DNA of 64,000 nt from Podarcis vaucheri (Eukaryota), in the NCBI GenBank assembly GCA_965113315.1, contig OZ220372.1; one strand, written 5' to 3'. This document shows positions 12,407 to 25,708 of the stretch, piece by piece (within the stretch, counting starts at the first letter, position 1; the number at the start of each line of letters is the position of its first letter). The position numbers and the translations under genes are program-made. The notes under the pieces were generated by a model. That model was not told the DNA's origin. It saw nothing but the letters and a program-made list of their open reading frames with translations, and ran no database searches.

Positions 12407-13187
12407 CTGCACGTTCACAGCTTGTGGTCTGTATCATTCAACATGACTGACTGATCTGCAGCAATGCAACGGTACAGTTGGGTAGGCTGACGTTGGCATA
12501 CAAAGTTTGAGCAGCGTTGGGCAGGGCAGCTCACCAACTTGGGAGACCTCAGATCAGGGATGGAGAACCTGAGAACCTCCAACATTGTTGAATTCCAGCT
12601 CCCATCAGCCTAGACAACATGGTCAGCTGTGAGGGGTGGTGGAACACCAGCACCATCTGGAGGTTCACAGGTTCCTCACTCACCCTTGCCTTCGATTATG
12701 AATTACAAAGTAAATTAGGACATGCCATGGAAGAGTTGGGCGGAGAAAGTCAGTATCAAGAGAGAGGGCTACTTCTGGAAAAGAACCCAGCACAGGTCAT
12801 TTAGCCTGGGGAGTAGTTTCATTTTCTAACAGCCTTGCCTTTGTATGTTGGTGAATAGCTGGGGTGGGGTGCTCAAACAAATCAAGGTTACTCCATGATC
12901 TTAGGTTTGGGTGGAATGACAAACCATGGTACCAAGCCGCCATTCATAAGCCAAGCAATCATGAGTTCAAATGGTGGCTTGTTAAAATCCAAACCATGGT
13001 TACTTGCTCAGAGCAGGTTCAAATGTTTAGGCAAATCATACTTAGGTTAAGCAAACCATGGTTTAGCATTACATGCAAAAACAGCCAGTTTGTTAATAAG
13101 GTGCAATGAGGTACCTCTTTCGTACGTGTATACAGCCAGTCACAAATGTCAGCAATGAACAGGGTTACTGGAGATAAAAAGACATAC

Positions 13188-13380
13188 CCCAAGAGGTCGA
13201 GGATGGTGTCCGGAATAGTGACAGTCTAACTTCTCAGATTCTTCGGATCCCTCCACTTCGCCCTCATCACTAGATAATCTGCTAGGCAGATCTCCTCCCA
13301 TAGAAGGCAGAGGCAGTTCTGGAGCATAACCACCATGGTTTGAAGAACTAGTGCTATTTATGCTGTTTGCAGAGGAAGGC
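13188..13380 (-). CDS. ATXN7L1: ATXN7L1 exon 8 (193 bp)
   Basis: ctcttag|G CCT TCC...CTT GGG|gtatg; PSSANSINSTSSSNHGG...RLSSDEGEVEGSEESEKLDCHYSGHHPRPLG. Confidence 0.95.
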
Positions 13381-13547
13381 CTAAGAGGGTAAAATGACCA
13401 ACACAGGGTTCAAACTCCACAACTACCTTCCTAGCTAAAAGGAAACTTACAGCAGGATACTGCAACACATACTTATGCTGGAGTATATGTCACCATGCTC
13501 AATAAAACTTATTACATCCTAAGCATGTTTCCGATGGAAGCCTTATA

Positions 13548-13755
13548 CAACTAACTCACAACTTACACACATTTATCTTGTGTGCATTCAGCTTTACACA
13601 CTTTGCAAAAAATAAAATAAAAGGGGGATGGGCTTACAGGAAAAAAGACGTTGGCAATCCCACCCACCATTGAACCCAATGTGCTTTGACTATACACAAT
13701 TTGGCTTTCCGCGCTATCTCCTGAACGTAACCCCCACTAAGTGGAGAGTCACCTG
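13548..13755. mobile_element. Old Tc1/mariner (Tigger-like) MITE
   Basis: TA-flanked; homologous to 37914-38121. Confidence 0.6.
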
Positions 13756-14291
13756 TACTACAAACACATTAAGTAAGCAGTAAGTCCCTCTGAATTCTTT
13801 GTTACTGACTTCTGAATAAATGTGCATAGGATTGAGCTGTGTGCGTTTCAATAAACTATGCACATAAAAACCTTTTACAAAAATCCATCTTCAAAATGCC
13901 ATTAGTATTGAAACATTAAATGCATTACTGCTAGACAGAAAGTTTGGATCGGAAAATAGACATTTCCTACAGAAAAGGAGAAGATACAAAATGCTGCAAC
14001 GTTCAATGCCCCCACTACACAGAAAGCACAGAAGCTTTTGAAGTATAGTAGATTTACTATGACATTGATATCAGAAATTTAGAAGGGCTTGAAGTCTGCA
14101 GGGACTTTTATCAGGAACTGAATTGCAGAATTCTGAATGAAATTCAGAATGGATCCTGATCATTTCCTACTTCATTAAAAAGGTGCAACTTTCAAGCCCT
14201 GATTGTGGAAAGCAGTTGGAAAACAAGTTCCTGGTTCTTGCTAGAGTCCCCTCAGTCTCTAAAATTTTGCACTGCACACGAGGTGTGTGTG

Positions 14292-14294
<3 letters not shown>

Positions 14295-14327
<33 letters not shown>
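14295..14327. repeat. (CA)n microsatellite
   Basis: Direct observation. Confidence 0.95.
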
Positions 14328-14329
<2 letters not shown>

Positions 14330-14450
14330 TAAATATGATTTCCATAATTTATCCACGCCACTGTATTTGAGCTTGCTCATATCATAATTTGGCATTTCCC
14401 TGGGCCCACTACTTCCTGTGGAAATGCTCACTGAATGCCAAAATCCTTAC

Positions 14451-14707
14451 CTAGGAAATGCGGAATTGGGCAGTCTTGATTTTGCAGGCGACGTTCCTTT
14501 GGGCTCTTGCCCAGAGTTCACTGATGTTCCCGACGGAGCGTCTTGGACTAGCACAGGCTGGGGCTGATAAGTTTCCCTTATACATTGCGGATGCTCCTTG
14601 TCTTTTGCTACTTCTTTTTCCCGCGATCGAGCTTTGTGTTCAGCTAAGAGAATGTCAAACTGTTTTTTACGGCCTGGAACTGCTCGCCGGTGATTAAGTG
14701 AATGAGT
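14451..14707 (-). CDS. ATXN7L1: ATXN7L1 exon 7 (257 bp; end of SCA7 domain)
   Basis: tttttag|ACT CAT...CCT AG|gtaag; THSLNHRRAVPGRKKQFDILLAEHKARSREKE... Confidence 0.96.
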
Positions 14708-15951
14708 CTAAAAAATAGGGTAGTTGAAATTTTTTTTGGGGGGGTGTAAATATAAAAATCAATTAAAATATTAATCTAGAAGATAGCTAGAAATATTTCA
14801 CTGATCATTGATTTTATGACAAGACGAAACAGTTCTTCTATACAGGTTAGTTCACCTGTCCTCGGAGGCACATACGGTTTAATGAAACATTATTTTGGTG
14901 ATAAGAAATCTTTCCATGAAAACACTCTACACATTAGTAGCATAACCAGAGCATTGTGGTTTTAAAAAATGGGGGTGTGAATATAAAAACAGTTAGAATA
15001 TATTAATCCAGGAAATAGCACAAGTTCCATGATGTTATTGTGTAAATTAATTGCAAACCAGACCTGGAAATTGCATTCTCTGTACCTTCAACATAAATGT
15101 TCAATAGGTTTTCATCTACAAGTTTCTTTATTATTTATGTCATAAAATTTATACACCAGTTTTAAAAAATCCTCAAAGCAGTTTACAAAGAGAATAAAAC
15201 CAAACCAAAAAAAAAAAAAAAAAAAGAACTCTTGAATTCATTCAAAACAAAGTTGCAGGAATATTTTCCTTTTGTTTTTAAATGAATGGGTAGAAAGCAG
15301 GTGTTCTTGTCTTTACAAAAGGCAATATATCCTAAAGACAAGGGTTCTCAGTTTGGGTCAATCAGTCAAAAATAATATTTTCTTTACTCTGAAACAGGAG
15401 CTGCAATGCTGAAGTCACTCAGATTCACTCTGACTTTTCCACATTTCTTAAAAGGGAAGGCAAATATTACTATTCTCCCCTACCCCTTTGTAATCTGTTA
15501 AATTATGGCCTTAAAAGGATTTTCCTTAGCTAAGGGAGTAAGTTGTCATATAGGACAAACAGCTCAGATACGTCTGTGTGCTTCAACCCTTTAATTGGAA
15601 ACCACCAAACTGGATATTCCTGGTCAGATAACATTGGTCTGGGCTTTGGAGGCCTGAGTTTGGGACCTCCTACGGTGAGACAAGCTCCTTTCTGCCCTCC
15701 CCAGTACTGAGAAGAGACAGGGAGATGCTTACTCCACTTAAAGGGATTTTTGTTTGGTTCCTCTTGCTGTCCCTCCTTGCACTCCAATGCCTGAAACCTG
15801 CCATTAAATGCCTTGTCAGCCTCCCTTACTCCTCCAGCCATCAACACTTCATCCAGCATCAAGTGCTTAACCCCTATGCATTAGCTACAAAAAGAAAAAA
15901 AAGATAAAGCCTATCCATAAATGAGGACTGCACTACTGCAGAACTATTGTT

Positions 15952-15991
15952 TTCATTCATTCATTCATTCATTCATTCATTCATTCATTCA
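15952..15991. repeat. (TTCA)n microsatellite
   Basis: Direct observation. Confidence 0.95.
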
Positions 15992-16159
15992 TATGTTTGG
16001 CAACGAATAACCACAGTGTCCAAATCACCCTTTTGATTTAATATGGGGTTGCTCTTGGCTATTTAAAAATACACGACGTATTAGAATGACCTTTATACAT
16101 TAGTAAAAATGTCAGTCACAGCAAAGCATTATATATATTTAAATTAACAAGAAAACTAC

Positions 16160-16242
16160 CTTGCAGGTGAGTGATCTTGTGCAGGGTTTCTTTGTCTCAG
16201 GATCCAATACTCCACAATGTTTATTTGGGTCAAACTCTCTTT
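16160..16242 (-). CDS. ATXN7L1: ATXN7L1 exon 6 (83 bp; SCA7 zinc finger)
   Basis: aaacag|AA AGA...TGC AAG|gtag; (E)REFDPNKHCGVLDPETKKPCTRSLTCK. Confidence 0.96.
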
Positions 16243-18510
16243 CTGTTTGAAAATAATAATTGTAATAAAGTGAGAGGGTTTTCTCCCTTTTTTATAAAAA
16301 AACCCTTAACATGTTTAAAGTGACATGAAACAAAAACTAAATACACTTTAATGGTGCAGATGAGAATAAATATATAAAGATATTGTACTTTTCCTAACAC
16401 ATTCTGGTTTTAGCATACCTACATCAAGGTATGATGCTTGCAGACAACAGATTCACAGACACTTCACTCTCACAGAAACTTAGCAAGATTCCTATCTAGT
16501 TAGTAACAAAGCTACTTTCTCTGTTCCGCTCTGCTTCTTGAACTGAAGCTTGAAAACGACCCCACCAGCATCACCTACCCCTTAACAGCAGAGCATTTAA
16601 TGTAGCAAAGGGAACGGCTGGTGCAGGCCTGCTTTCCATACTGTTCTTGTGTAACGGATGGATTTATTAGCACTTCACTAAGCTCAATATGAAATGTAAT
16701 GAAAGACCTGGAGGAAGACAGATCGATGGAGGCTACAGGCTTCTTGCAATGGGCGTAGGTGTGCAGAAGAACTCTCGCACCTGTTAGAAGGCATGTGAAA
16801 CTATTCTCTTCCTTCCCTCCATTTCCTGTGGCTTGGACAAAACGAGCACCTTCTCCCAACTGCTCTATCAGAAAAGTTATGGGCTACTCATACTCTTAGG
16901 ATCAAAGCAACGGCCAGTCATCCTGTTTTGGTTACACTTGCCTTGGGCTAGATCAGGGCTGACAACCGTTTTCGATCAGCTCCCATGCAGTAGCTTACCT
17001 GTTCACTCTTCCATCCAGGCAAAAGGTTTTACAGAGCCAGGAATAGGGAACCACTAGCTTCCAGATGTTGTCTTACTACAGCGCCCATCAGGAGTGCCAG
17101 CTTGGCCCAGTGACTGTGGGTGCCCAGGGCCTTGGGTGCCATGCTGTGTGCATGGCCCTGGCACCAAAATTTGTGGGTGCCCGGCTCCTTCATGGGGACT
17201 TTTGTCAGTGCCCCAGGGAGTTGGCACCTATGGCTCCCATCATCACTGTCTGTACTGGTCAATGGGAGTTGAAGAAAATGAGCGTTCGGTAGAGCCATAG
17301 GCTCCCCACTTAAGGTCAAGGATTGGACCCAATCTGCATGCACAAAGGCATCGTAAACATGAAAAAGTGTTTCCCTAATACAGAACAGCGTTTAGATCCT
17401 GCCATTTAAACAAAGCACAACACTAAATTTAAGTATGTGCCTCTCAAGGTATGTCATTCAAAAACAGAACAGACATGCCCCTTTCTCAATCTGCAAGGGT
17501 CAGATGATTCTGTATTTCTGATCAAAGCATGAGTGGTGAAATTTATGGGATCAGAAGACTTTCCCACAATAAAATGCGTCATTTTTACTATTACATAACA
17601 GAACCAAGAATATGATAAGAATTCTCAGAGGATCATTTCCTACCAATTTCTTGCCACTTGCAACTTTTGGCAGACTGCATGTTAAAGGTCTAGCATTAGC
17701 TCTTACGAATGGTTGCAAACACTCCTGAATATGGCATAATTATGCACTAATTACAAAGATCTTTCTTGTGTTTATTTTGTTCTATTTCTCCACCAAGGTT
17801 TTTTTTTGTTTGTTTCATTTTTAATGTCAGGAGAAAAGCATACACCATAGCATGCTCATTTGGATGCGACTGCAAGCTATGGTTTGCCCAAAACTGAAGT
17901 CAGTGAGGGAACTGGAGTGCATGAGGGACAAGGGAACATGCAAGCCCAAGACTTGCTCATGTAATGCCAGATCACAGTTTGGTATTACATGTTTAACAGG
18001 TCATTTAATTGTGCTCCCTTGCTAACTGTGGTAAACATACGTTCCCAACTTTGCTTTCTGGCATTCTTTAAAATATTGTTCTGCCCTTAATCTTGTCTCG
18101 GTTACACATACCCAACTCCTTCAGCCTTTCCTTATATGACTTGCCTGCTGGACCTTCTGTCACCCTCATCACAGAATCCTCTGAACTTTTCCTCTTTTTT
18201 GACAATGTTCTTTCATTGTGGCACCTAGTGCGGAACACCATACTCCAATTGGGGACCAGCCAATGCTGAGAAAGAGGATACTATTCATTTACTCCGTATA
18301 GCATACCACTCACAGCCTTTACTGTCAAACCAACATTGCCTCTTCGCTATCATCTCTGGGCAGAGGATGTTGTAAAGTGTACTTAAACTGAGAGAAACAT
18401 GGAGAGGTATAGCTATACTTCAGCTGGTGGGTCAGGACCCACAACTAAGTCAGAGTAAGAGAAGAGATGAGCGTCGCAACCCCAGAGAAGGTGACTCTCA
18501 CTGTTTGCAC

Positions 18511-18596
18511 CAACTAACTTAGTTGGTCTTTAAGGTGCTATTGGAAGGAATTTTTTTATTTTGACTATGGCAGACCAACACGGCTACCTATCTGTA
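18511..18596 (+). mobile_element. Penelope-like short fragment
   Basis: ttagttggtctttaaggtgct...ctatggcagaccaacacggctacc motif, flanked by an 11-bp duplication actgtttgcac (18500-18510, 18597-18607). Confidence 0.65.
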
Positions 18597-19386
18597 ACTG
18601 TTTGCACTAACATCCAAACACATGCATGGTAAAAAATTAAGAAGAGACCCCCCCTAATCATGAAAGTTGGGGCCAAAAATGAGTGCCAGATCTGTGATGC
18701 AAGTACTATGCAACACATAATAAAGTCTAGGAGGACAGGAAGCTGCTATTATTAGACTAATGCTATGGTGGGAAGTTCATCTCTTCTTAGAACATCTATA
18801 TAACTATGCTAATACGAATGTGTACATTCAAATACCTATCAAACCAATTACTGTTTAGCATTTCTAAGGTATTAATAAAACGTGCCAAATAACCATTAAT
18901 GTTCAAATACAATCTTTCAATGTTCTTTTATTGCACAGGCCTGCTAAAAGTCAATTCTTTGAGAAAAATAAAACTTCCTGGAAAGCTTTTCACTCATTTC
19001 ATAGAAGCATCACAGTGCTGAATGACACGGGCACACAGTCTTGAGCCAAATGCCCCTGTTGCTGCCTTTGAACTAAACCACTAAAATGAGATAATGAAAA
19101 CTATACATATACGAAGTAATCTGAATTGTCTGCTAGAAAGACAGCATCCATATTTGTGCATTTCCCATTTATTTGGTCTCTCATTAGGGAGTTACCAGTT
19201 GGGCTTGTCCAATTGCAAAAAGACACTGCAGCTTTGAAGCAACATGCATAGATCCATAATAACACAAAGCAGCTGGATAATCAAAGGGGGTGAGTGGATA
19301 ACTTCCTTTGTACAAAAGCTGGTATTTCAGCACAGACAAATTTCTCCAGAATTGTAGTTTCTCTCCCATAATGTTAAGCGCTAATA

Positions 19387-19926
19387 CAGTGGTGCCTCGC
19401 AAGACGAAAAGAATCCGTTCCGCGAGTCTCTTCGTCTTGCAGTTTTTTCGTCTTGCGAAGCAAGCCCATTAGCGGCTTAGCGGATTAGCGCTATTAGCGG
19501 CTTAGCGGATCAGTTGATAAGCAGTTTAGCGGATCAGCTGATAAGCGGCTTAGCGGCTTAGCGGATCAGCTGATAAGCGGATCAACTGATAAGCGGTTTA
19601 GCGGCTTAGCGGATCAGCTGTTAAGCGGCTTAGCGGATCAGCTGTTAAGCGGCTTAACGGATCAGCTGATAAGTGGCTTAGCGGATCAGCTGATAAGCGG
19701 TTTAGCGGATCAGCTGTTAAGCGGCTTAGCGGCTTAGGATCAGCTGATAAGCGGCTTGGGAAAAAGGGGGGGAAAGTGAAAAACCCCCGCAGGAACTCAC
19801 AAGACATTTTCGTCTTGTGAAGCAAGCCCATAGGAAATTCGTTTTGCGAAGCACCTCCAAAACGGAAAACCCTTTCGTCTAGCGGGTTTCCGTCTTGCGA
19901 GGCATTCGTCTTGCGGGGCACCACTG
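19387..19926. mobile_element. Tc1/mariner (pogo-like) MITE with internal 24-bp minisatellite
   Basis: TA TSD; TIR CAGTGGTGCC(T/C)CGCAAGACGAA; ~10 units of TTAGCGGATCAGCTGATAAGCGGC inside. Confidence 0.9.
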
Positions 19927-21092
19927 TACTTTACTCAGGCATTGTGTACATTTCTCCCCCAACATTTGAACAAAGATGACTTGATTGTTCAAGCATTGCT
20001 TTCTCACCTCAAATGTTTCTTAATTCTCATTTATTTTTCTTGCTCACATAACTCTCAATTCTAGACTTGCTTCACTGTAAGATTCTATTTTCTGGTCTTC
20101 CTGTTTCTGACCTTTGTCCTACTCTCAGTTCCTTTCTTCACGTGAATTGCTCTGAATATTCTCCCTTTTCCTCTTGTTTCAATTTACTACTAACTTTCTT
20201 GCTTTCAAGCATCTTCGTACCTTTGGACCGCTACATCTTTCCTATTTCTCCATCTTCCACCACATTCTCCATTCTCCCATTAACCTTCCTTCTTAAATCT
20301 ATATCTTTCCTCCGGAGGCCCACTTTATGTTCCTTCCCTTTAAAAAAAGCAACCCGTTGAAAATAATCATTTCCTAAGCGTCCCATGGTTGCTCCTCCTT
20401 TCCCATCCTCTATTCCTTTCTCTTGTTCTATTCCTTATCTTGCAAGTCTATCATGGCTACGAGCCCAGAGCCAATAATTATCTTTACTTTTCAAATTTTA
20501 TGCATTGTCCAGATTTTAAGTGCTGAAAACAAACAAAACACATTTTTTAAAAATCACATTTTTTCCTATATCATGGACCAAATGGAATTGTACAAGCAAC
20601 AGTCCTACATTAGAAGGCGTTCTATCTTCTGGTCACCATCAGTACACATGAAATGATCTTTAAGTTTTTAGGAGTACAGTAATAAGTCAACAGTTAGTAG
20701 TTTATACAGTGCATGATTGCCAGTTGAAATGCAATGAACAAAGCTATGTGTCACTACAGCAAGCCTTTGTTCCAACAAAGGCATGAATATTCACATGAAG
20801 GGAATGCTGACAAATGAGACAAGTAAAGGACACTTACCTTTATCCAAGAGAGAAGAAGTAGTAGCATTTCTCATTTGTGCAAACCAATTGCTTTTTTTTG
20901 CTTGTTCAAATTTGGGAACACTGGGTTAGTTCCAGAGGTTCCCGCCTTCCACTGGGGCAAGGCAATATTCAGATCCAAATCCATTTTATTTAAAAACCGC
21001 TGAAGGGAAGAGCAGCCAATAGCCTTCTTTATGAGATAATCCTGTTTGATTTTTACAGAATTTGTTCCTTAGTTCTCTCCTACCTTATATTA

Positions 21093-21440
21093 GGTAAAGG
21101 ACCCCTGACCATTAGGTCCAGTCGTGACCGACTCTGGGGTTGTGGCGCTCATCTCGCTTTATTGGCCGAGGGAGCCGGCATACAGCTTCCGGGTCACGTG
21201 GCCAGCATGACTAAGCCGCTTATGGCGAACCAGAGCAGTGCATGGAAACGCCGTTTACCTTCCCGCCGGAGCAGTACCTATTTATCTGCTTGCATTTTGA
21301 TGTGCTTTCGAACTGCTAGGTTGGCAGGAGCAGGGACTGAGCAACGGGAGCTCACCCTGTTGCAGGGATTCAAACCACCAACCTTCTGATCAGCAAGTCC
21401 TAGGCCCTGTGGTTTAACCCACAGCGCCACTCGCATCCCC
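21093..21440 (-). mobile_element. Sauria SINE
   Basis: Full-length with tRNA-like head and ACCTTT-type tail; degenerate TSD ctaccttatatt/ctacgttacatt. Confidence 0.92.
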
Positions 21441-21653
21441 TACGTTACATTTTGCAAAATTAAGAAATAATACCAGAACACCAATATAAAGTGTGAGGCA
21501 AGTTGTGCTTCGGTATTGACGCATAAACAGATTTGACATGTGGGCCGAGATCACCATTATGTAAATAATAGCTATGGGATATAAGAAATAGCAACAAACG
21601 CTACTAATGAAGAATGATGGGATCTCATCAAGTCATGCTACAATGCTACTTAC

Positions 21654-21931
21654 CTGAAACTCTCTTGTAAGACTTGTTACTGTTTTTAGTGCCATTTTGG
21701 TGTTTCTTGTCTATTGATGGAGCTATGACGCCTTTGCCATTCAAAATCTTTTCTGGCGATGGTGGCACCGATTTACATGTCAAAGCAGATTTAATTGGAG
21801 CGGATGTGGTAGATGAAGAGGCCGAGGAGGTGGAGCTGGTGGTAGTGGTTGCAGAGTTCATTTTAACATTGGCACCATCTGCCTTCACTAGGTTAGGAAT
21901 TTTCTCTAGACTGACTACGGGAACAGGAACA
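21654..21931 (-). CDS. ATXN7L1: ATXN7L1 exon 5 (278 bp)
   Basis: gtttcag|T GTT CCT...TCA G|gtaag; VPVPVVSLEKIPNLVKADGANVKMNS...DKKHQNGTKNSNKSYKRVS. Confidence 0.96.
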
Positions 21932-22279
21932 CTGAAACACCAAAGAGAAAGTCTTCAAGATGTGTTTTCTGCACCATGCGACATATAGTCTCTCAACTTC
22001 CTTCCATGCTTCGTTTCACATTACAGCCACTAACCCTGGAATTAACCTAAAACCGGTACATTTAGTCATACTGTTTATTAACATGTGCGCATACTATTTT
22101 CTTAATGGCCGCTTCTAAACACAAAAATATAAGTGGTGGGATATATATGTATTTTTAAAAACCTATCTGTACTTGTTTTAAAAAATGTTTTCTCTTTGAT
22201 TATTATTATGCCTACTCTTGAGATAGTGTAAATTTATAAGGCTTACTGGCTGTATAGTGCAGGCCTCTATCACAGGGAA

Positions 22280-22637
22280 GAAAGGTAAAGGTAAAGGGAC
22301 CCCTGACTATTAGGTCCAGTCGTGACCGACTCTGGGGTTGCGGCGCTCATCTCGCTTTATTGGCCGAGGGAGCCGGCATACAGCTTCCGGGTCACGTGGC
22401 CAGCAGGACTAAGCCGCTTCTGGCAAACCAGAGCAGCACACGGAAACGCCATTTACCTTCCTGCCAGAGCGGTACCTATTTATCTACTTGCACTTTGATG
22501 TGCTTTCGAACTGCTAGGTTGGCAGGAGCAGGGACTGAGCAATGGGAGCTCACTCTGTTGCGGGGATTCGAACCGCCGACCTTCTGATCAGCAAGTCCTA
22601 GGCTCTGTGGTTTAACCCACAGCGCCACCCACGTCCC
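22280..22637 (-). mobile_element. Sauria SINE (full length)
   Basis: (ACCTTT)n tail; perfect 11-bp TSD ATCACAGGGAA at 22269-22279 and 22638-22648. Confidence 0.95.
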
Positions 22638-24645
22638 ATCACAGGGAATAAAAGGAGTCAAAAGAATATTAACGTTTTCAAATTTATCATCCAAACTAAA
22701 GTGTTTGATAGACAGAAGAGAAGTCTTTAAAGGTTTTAATGGCATGCTTTTAAATATTGTCACAGCATTTAATAAATCTAACAGACCCTGAAATAGAGGA
22801 CCAGAACGGAACCCCGGTGCGAAATGATTGCCACCTGTATTTCAGTTCCAAACTACTGCAAAATGTGGTACTGGGCACAAATTCAGACTCTCAAAATTGT
22901 AAGTCCTATGACTACAGAGACCTTTACTCTGTAGAAGACTATGTACACTGATCGTATTATAATAACAGATTCAGTGTTTCATTAATTAAAAAAAAGTTTC
23001 CAGACACTGTAGTGACAAATACATATTTTGAAGTGGAACTGGCAGAAGTATACAAAGCAAGCAAGAAGGATCATTGCACTCAGCTTTAAGTTCTCCTTGC
23101 TCCATTATAGTCTTGTTGCTTTATTATATTATTACCATACTTAATTTCACTTTCTGATCTCAGTCAAACTCAGAAGTAGCTTTCACACACAACACTAAAA
23201 ACACATTTAGCTAATGTTGCTGATACAGGAGAAAAAGAAAAAAGGAAACTGGCATTTTTTAAGATCTTCATTGTAGGCCATTCTTTGGGTGCCCCAGCTT
23301 TTACTGGTTAGACCAGAAACCTACTGCCTAGCCAATGGAAAACTATGGCAATAGACACTGGCATTGTGAATAATTTGTGTTGATTTCAGTGCCAAATTAA
23401 AACTAACTTATTTTGAAGGCTTTATAACCAAGGCTTTTCTGTTTTATAGTTATCTTGCTAATATTTTACTTATTATTATTATTATTAATCATTAATTATT
23501 TATATTATTATTTAGAGATGTGCTTTAAGTACACTTATGTTAACCGCCTTGCACACTGCCCAGTGAAAAGGGAAAATACACTGAAACAGACACAAACATT
23601 TAAAAACCCAGTGTACAGTTTAACCAATACAGATTTTACATCCACGTATGAGATTTGGTAAATGTGCCATAAGTTAAAATAGCCTGAATCATCATGCATC
23701 ATTAGGACATTGCGAAGATCTTTGACTGCCAAAAATATTTCACAATCAAAATTCTGGCCAGTACCTTTTGTAAAATTTCACATTAAAGTTAGCTTGTTGT
23801 AAAATGTTTAACCTGGTTGCTTTAAGAATTTGAAAAGGGTATTCAATTTCCCCCCTTTTAAAATACCAATTCCTTTTTTTTTTTTTTTGTTATTCTTGTT
23901 TTCAGTACTTCAAACGTATAAATACAGAGATAGAGATGTAGCCATAGGCAGAACGATAGCATGAAGCTCCATGCTTCTCTTGTCTCATGCATCAATATGC
24001 TCTCCTTTGCCTTCAACCCATATTATCTTTCTCCATTTCACGATACGCTATTCTTTCATTCATGGAAGATTTTCGACGTGCAGCATCTGTCCTGTGTTTA
24101 CCAGTTTTTAAATTTCTCTACAGTTGGGAATGAGGGCTGTTGCTCCTTTAGTCACATGATGAGAGAATATTCACTGTGTTCCAATCTGTGCAGAATTTTA
24201 AAGGAGCCCAACACAGACTTAGCAGAAGTGCTGTCAGGCTATCACTGCATATGAGGCCCTATTCTATCATATCAACATGGTTAAACCAGCTCTGGCTGTG
24301 TTTTAGCATCCGTTGTTGGGCGCTGGAATTTAATTATAACGGAGTTACTTTCACAGCTAACTTGCATCAGCAAAATAAACATGTTGGCATATACTTCATG
24401 GGTAAGTGAATCATTCAGAACTTTTATTTTGCACAAGTGACAATGACTGAGTTTTGAAACTGGGCAACTTGCAAGAAGATGGGTCAAAGCCACAACTGAT
24501 TCCGTGAAGCAGGTCCTATCCCTTAAAAAAACCCCGTAAAACTGCAATCCAGTAAAGGGGGAAAAAGAAGCCAGACATTAGGATGAGTAGAGATAGACTA
24601 GTGATAAAGCTGTAGTTGAGAACATATGGGATTGGTGAAAAGGCA

Positions 24646-24768
24646 CCCTAGCCAACCGGAATAGAGCACAAGATTCTTAATTCCAGCGTTGTGGGTTTGA
24701 ACCCCACACTGGGCAAAATATTCCTGCACTGCAGAGGACTGGTCTTTTGGTACAATTCTATGATTCTA
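24646..24768 (+). mobile_element. tRNA-derived SINE with CR1-type tail
   Basis: gggtttgaacccc B box; tail caattctatgattcta. Confidence 0.6.
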
Positions 24769-25356
24769 AGTGCTGCTTTTCAGTAGATGCTGGACAGAGG
24801 CTTGAAAAATTAATCTGGATCAACCTCTCAGTAGAAACAGGACTGTTTTTTCTGTTTTAAAATGGGTTTGAGTCAGTGGCTGCCACCTTTTGCCTATAAA
24901 CGACAACTTTGGAATGGATATTGCCTGCTACCTATTGAGAATTCATGCTCTTGATGTTATAATCCAAGAACAAAAAGTAGCAGACATTCCCCCAGGTATA
25001 TAAAATAACTACTGGGATTAACTAATATTTCATCAGCATTTTGCTGTCGCCATGTTGTCATGGAGTGGGGTTCAGCCATTTTGATGTGATTCCTCCTATC
25101 CCCTCCTCAGGAAATGTCTTTTCCAAAGGAAGTCTGAATTCCTTATTAACTTGCAAAATCACAACCTCTTATTGGGTCATATACAACTAACTTTTACTCG
25201 GAGTAGACCCACAGAATTTAATGGACCCAAGTTTGGTCTCACCAAATGTGGTCCAAAGGAAAGTCTCACATTGGAAACAGCACAATGGCAGCCGAGAAAA
25301 TCAGTAACGCCCCTTTCTAATATTATGTCATTTTTAATTAAGAGCAAATGAACTAG

Positions 25357-25708
25357 CATACCCTCCAACATTTCTCCGATGAAAATAGGGATGCCCCATT
25401 CCATAATGATAATTTTACTATTTATACCCCACACATCTTACTGCGTTGCCCCAATCACTCTGGGCAGCTTCCAACATATATAAAAACATAATAAAACATT
25501 AAGCATTTTTTTAAAAAAAAAAACTTCCCTATACAGGATTGCCTTCAGATGGCTTGGGGGTCGGATAACTCCACACCCTCCAACATTTCTCCAATGAAAA
25601 TAGGGATGTCCTAAGGAAAAGCGGGACATTCTGGGATCCAATCAGAAATTGGGGCAGCTTCTGTAAATCAGGGACGTCCCTGAAAAATAGGGACACTCGG
25701 AGGGTCTG
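25357..25708. mobile_element. hAT-like non-autonomous element
   Basis: Ends cataccctcc / ggagggtctg; repeated aaaatagggac subterminal motifs. Confidence 0.6.

Noticed and set aside
18500-18607. Hammerhead ribozyme in the Penelope-like fragment
   Set aside because: No CTGANGA...GAAA core visible; the fragment is too short.
19470-19760. Regularly spaced palindromic repeats resembling a CRISPR array
   Set aside because: No unique spacers; pure tandem repeat inside a TA-flanked MITE in vertebrate DNA; no cas genes.
21162-22587. Repeated 75-aa ORFs (MAEGAGIQLPGHVAS...) suggesting a small protein family
   Set aside because: Antisense readings of Sauria SINE copies, starting at non-ATG codons.
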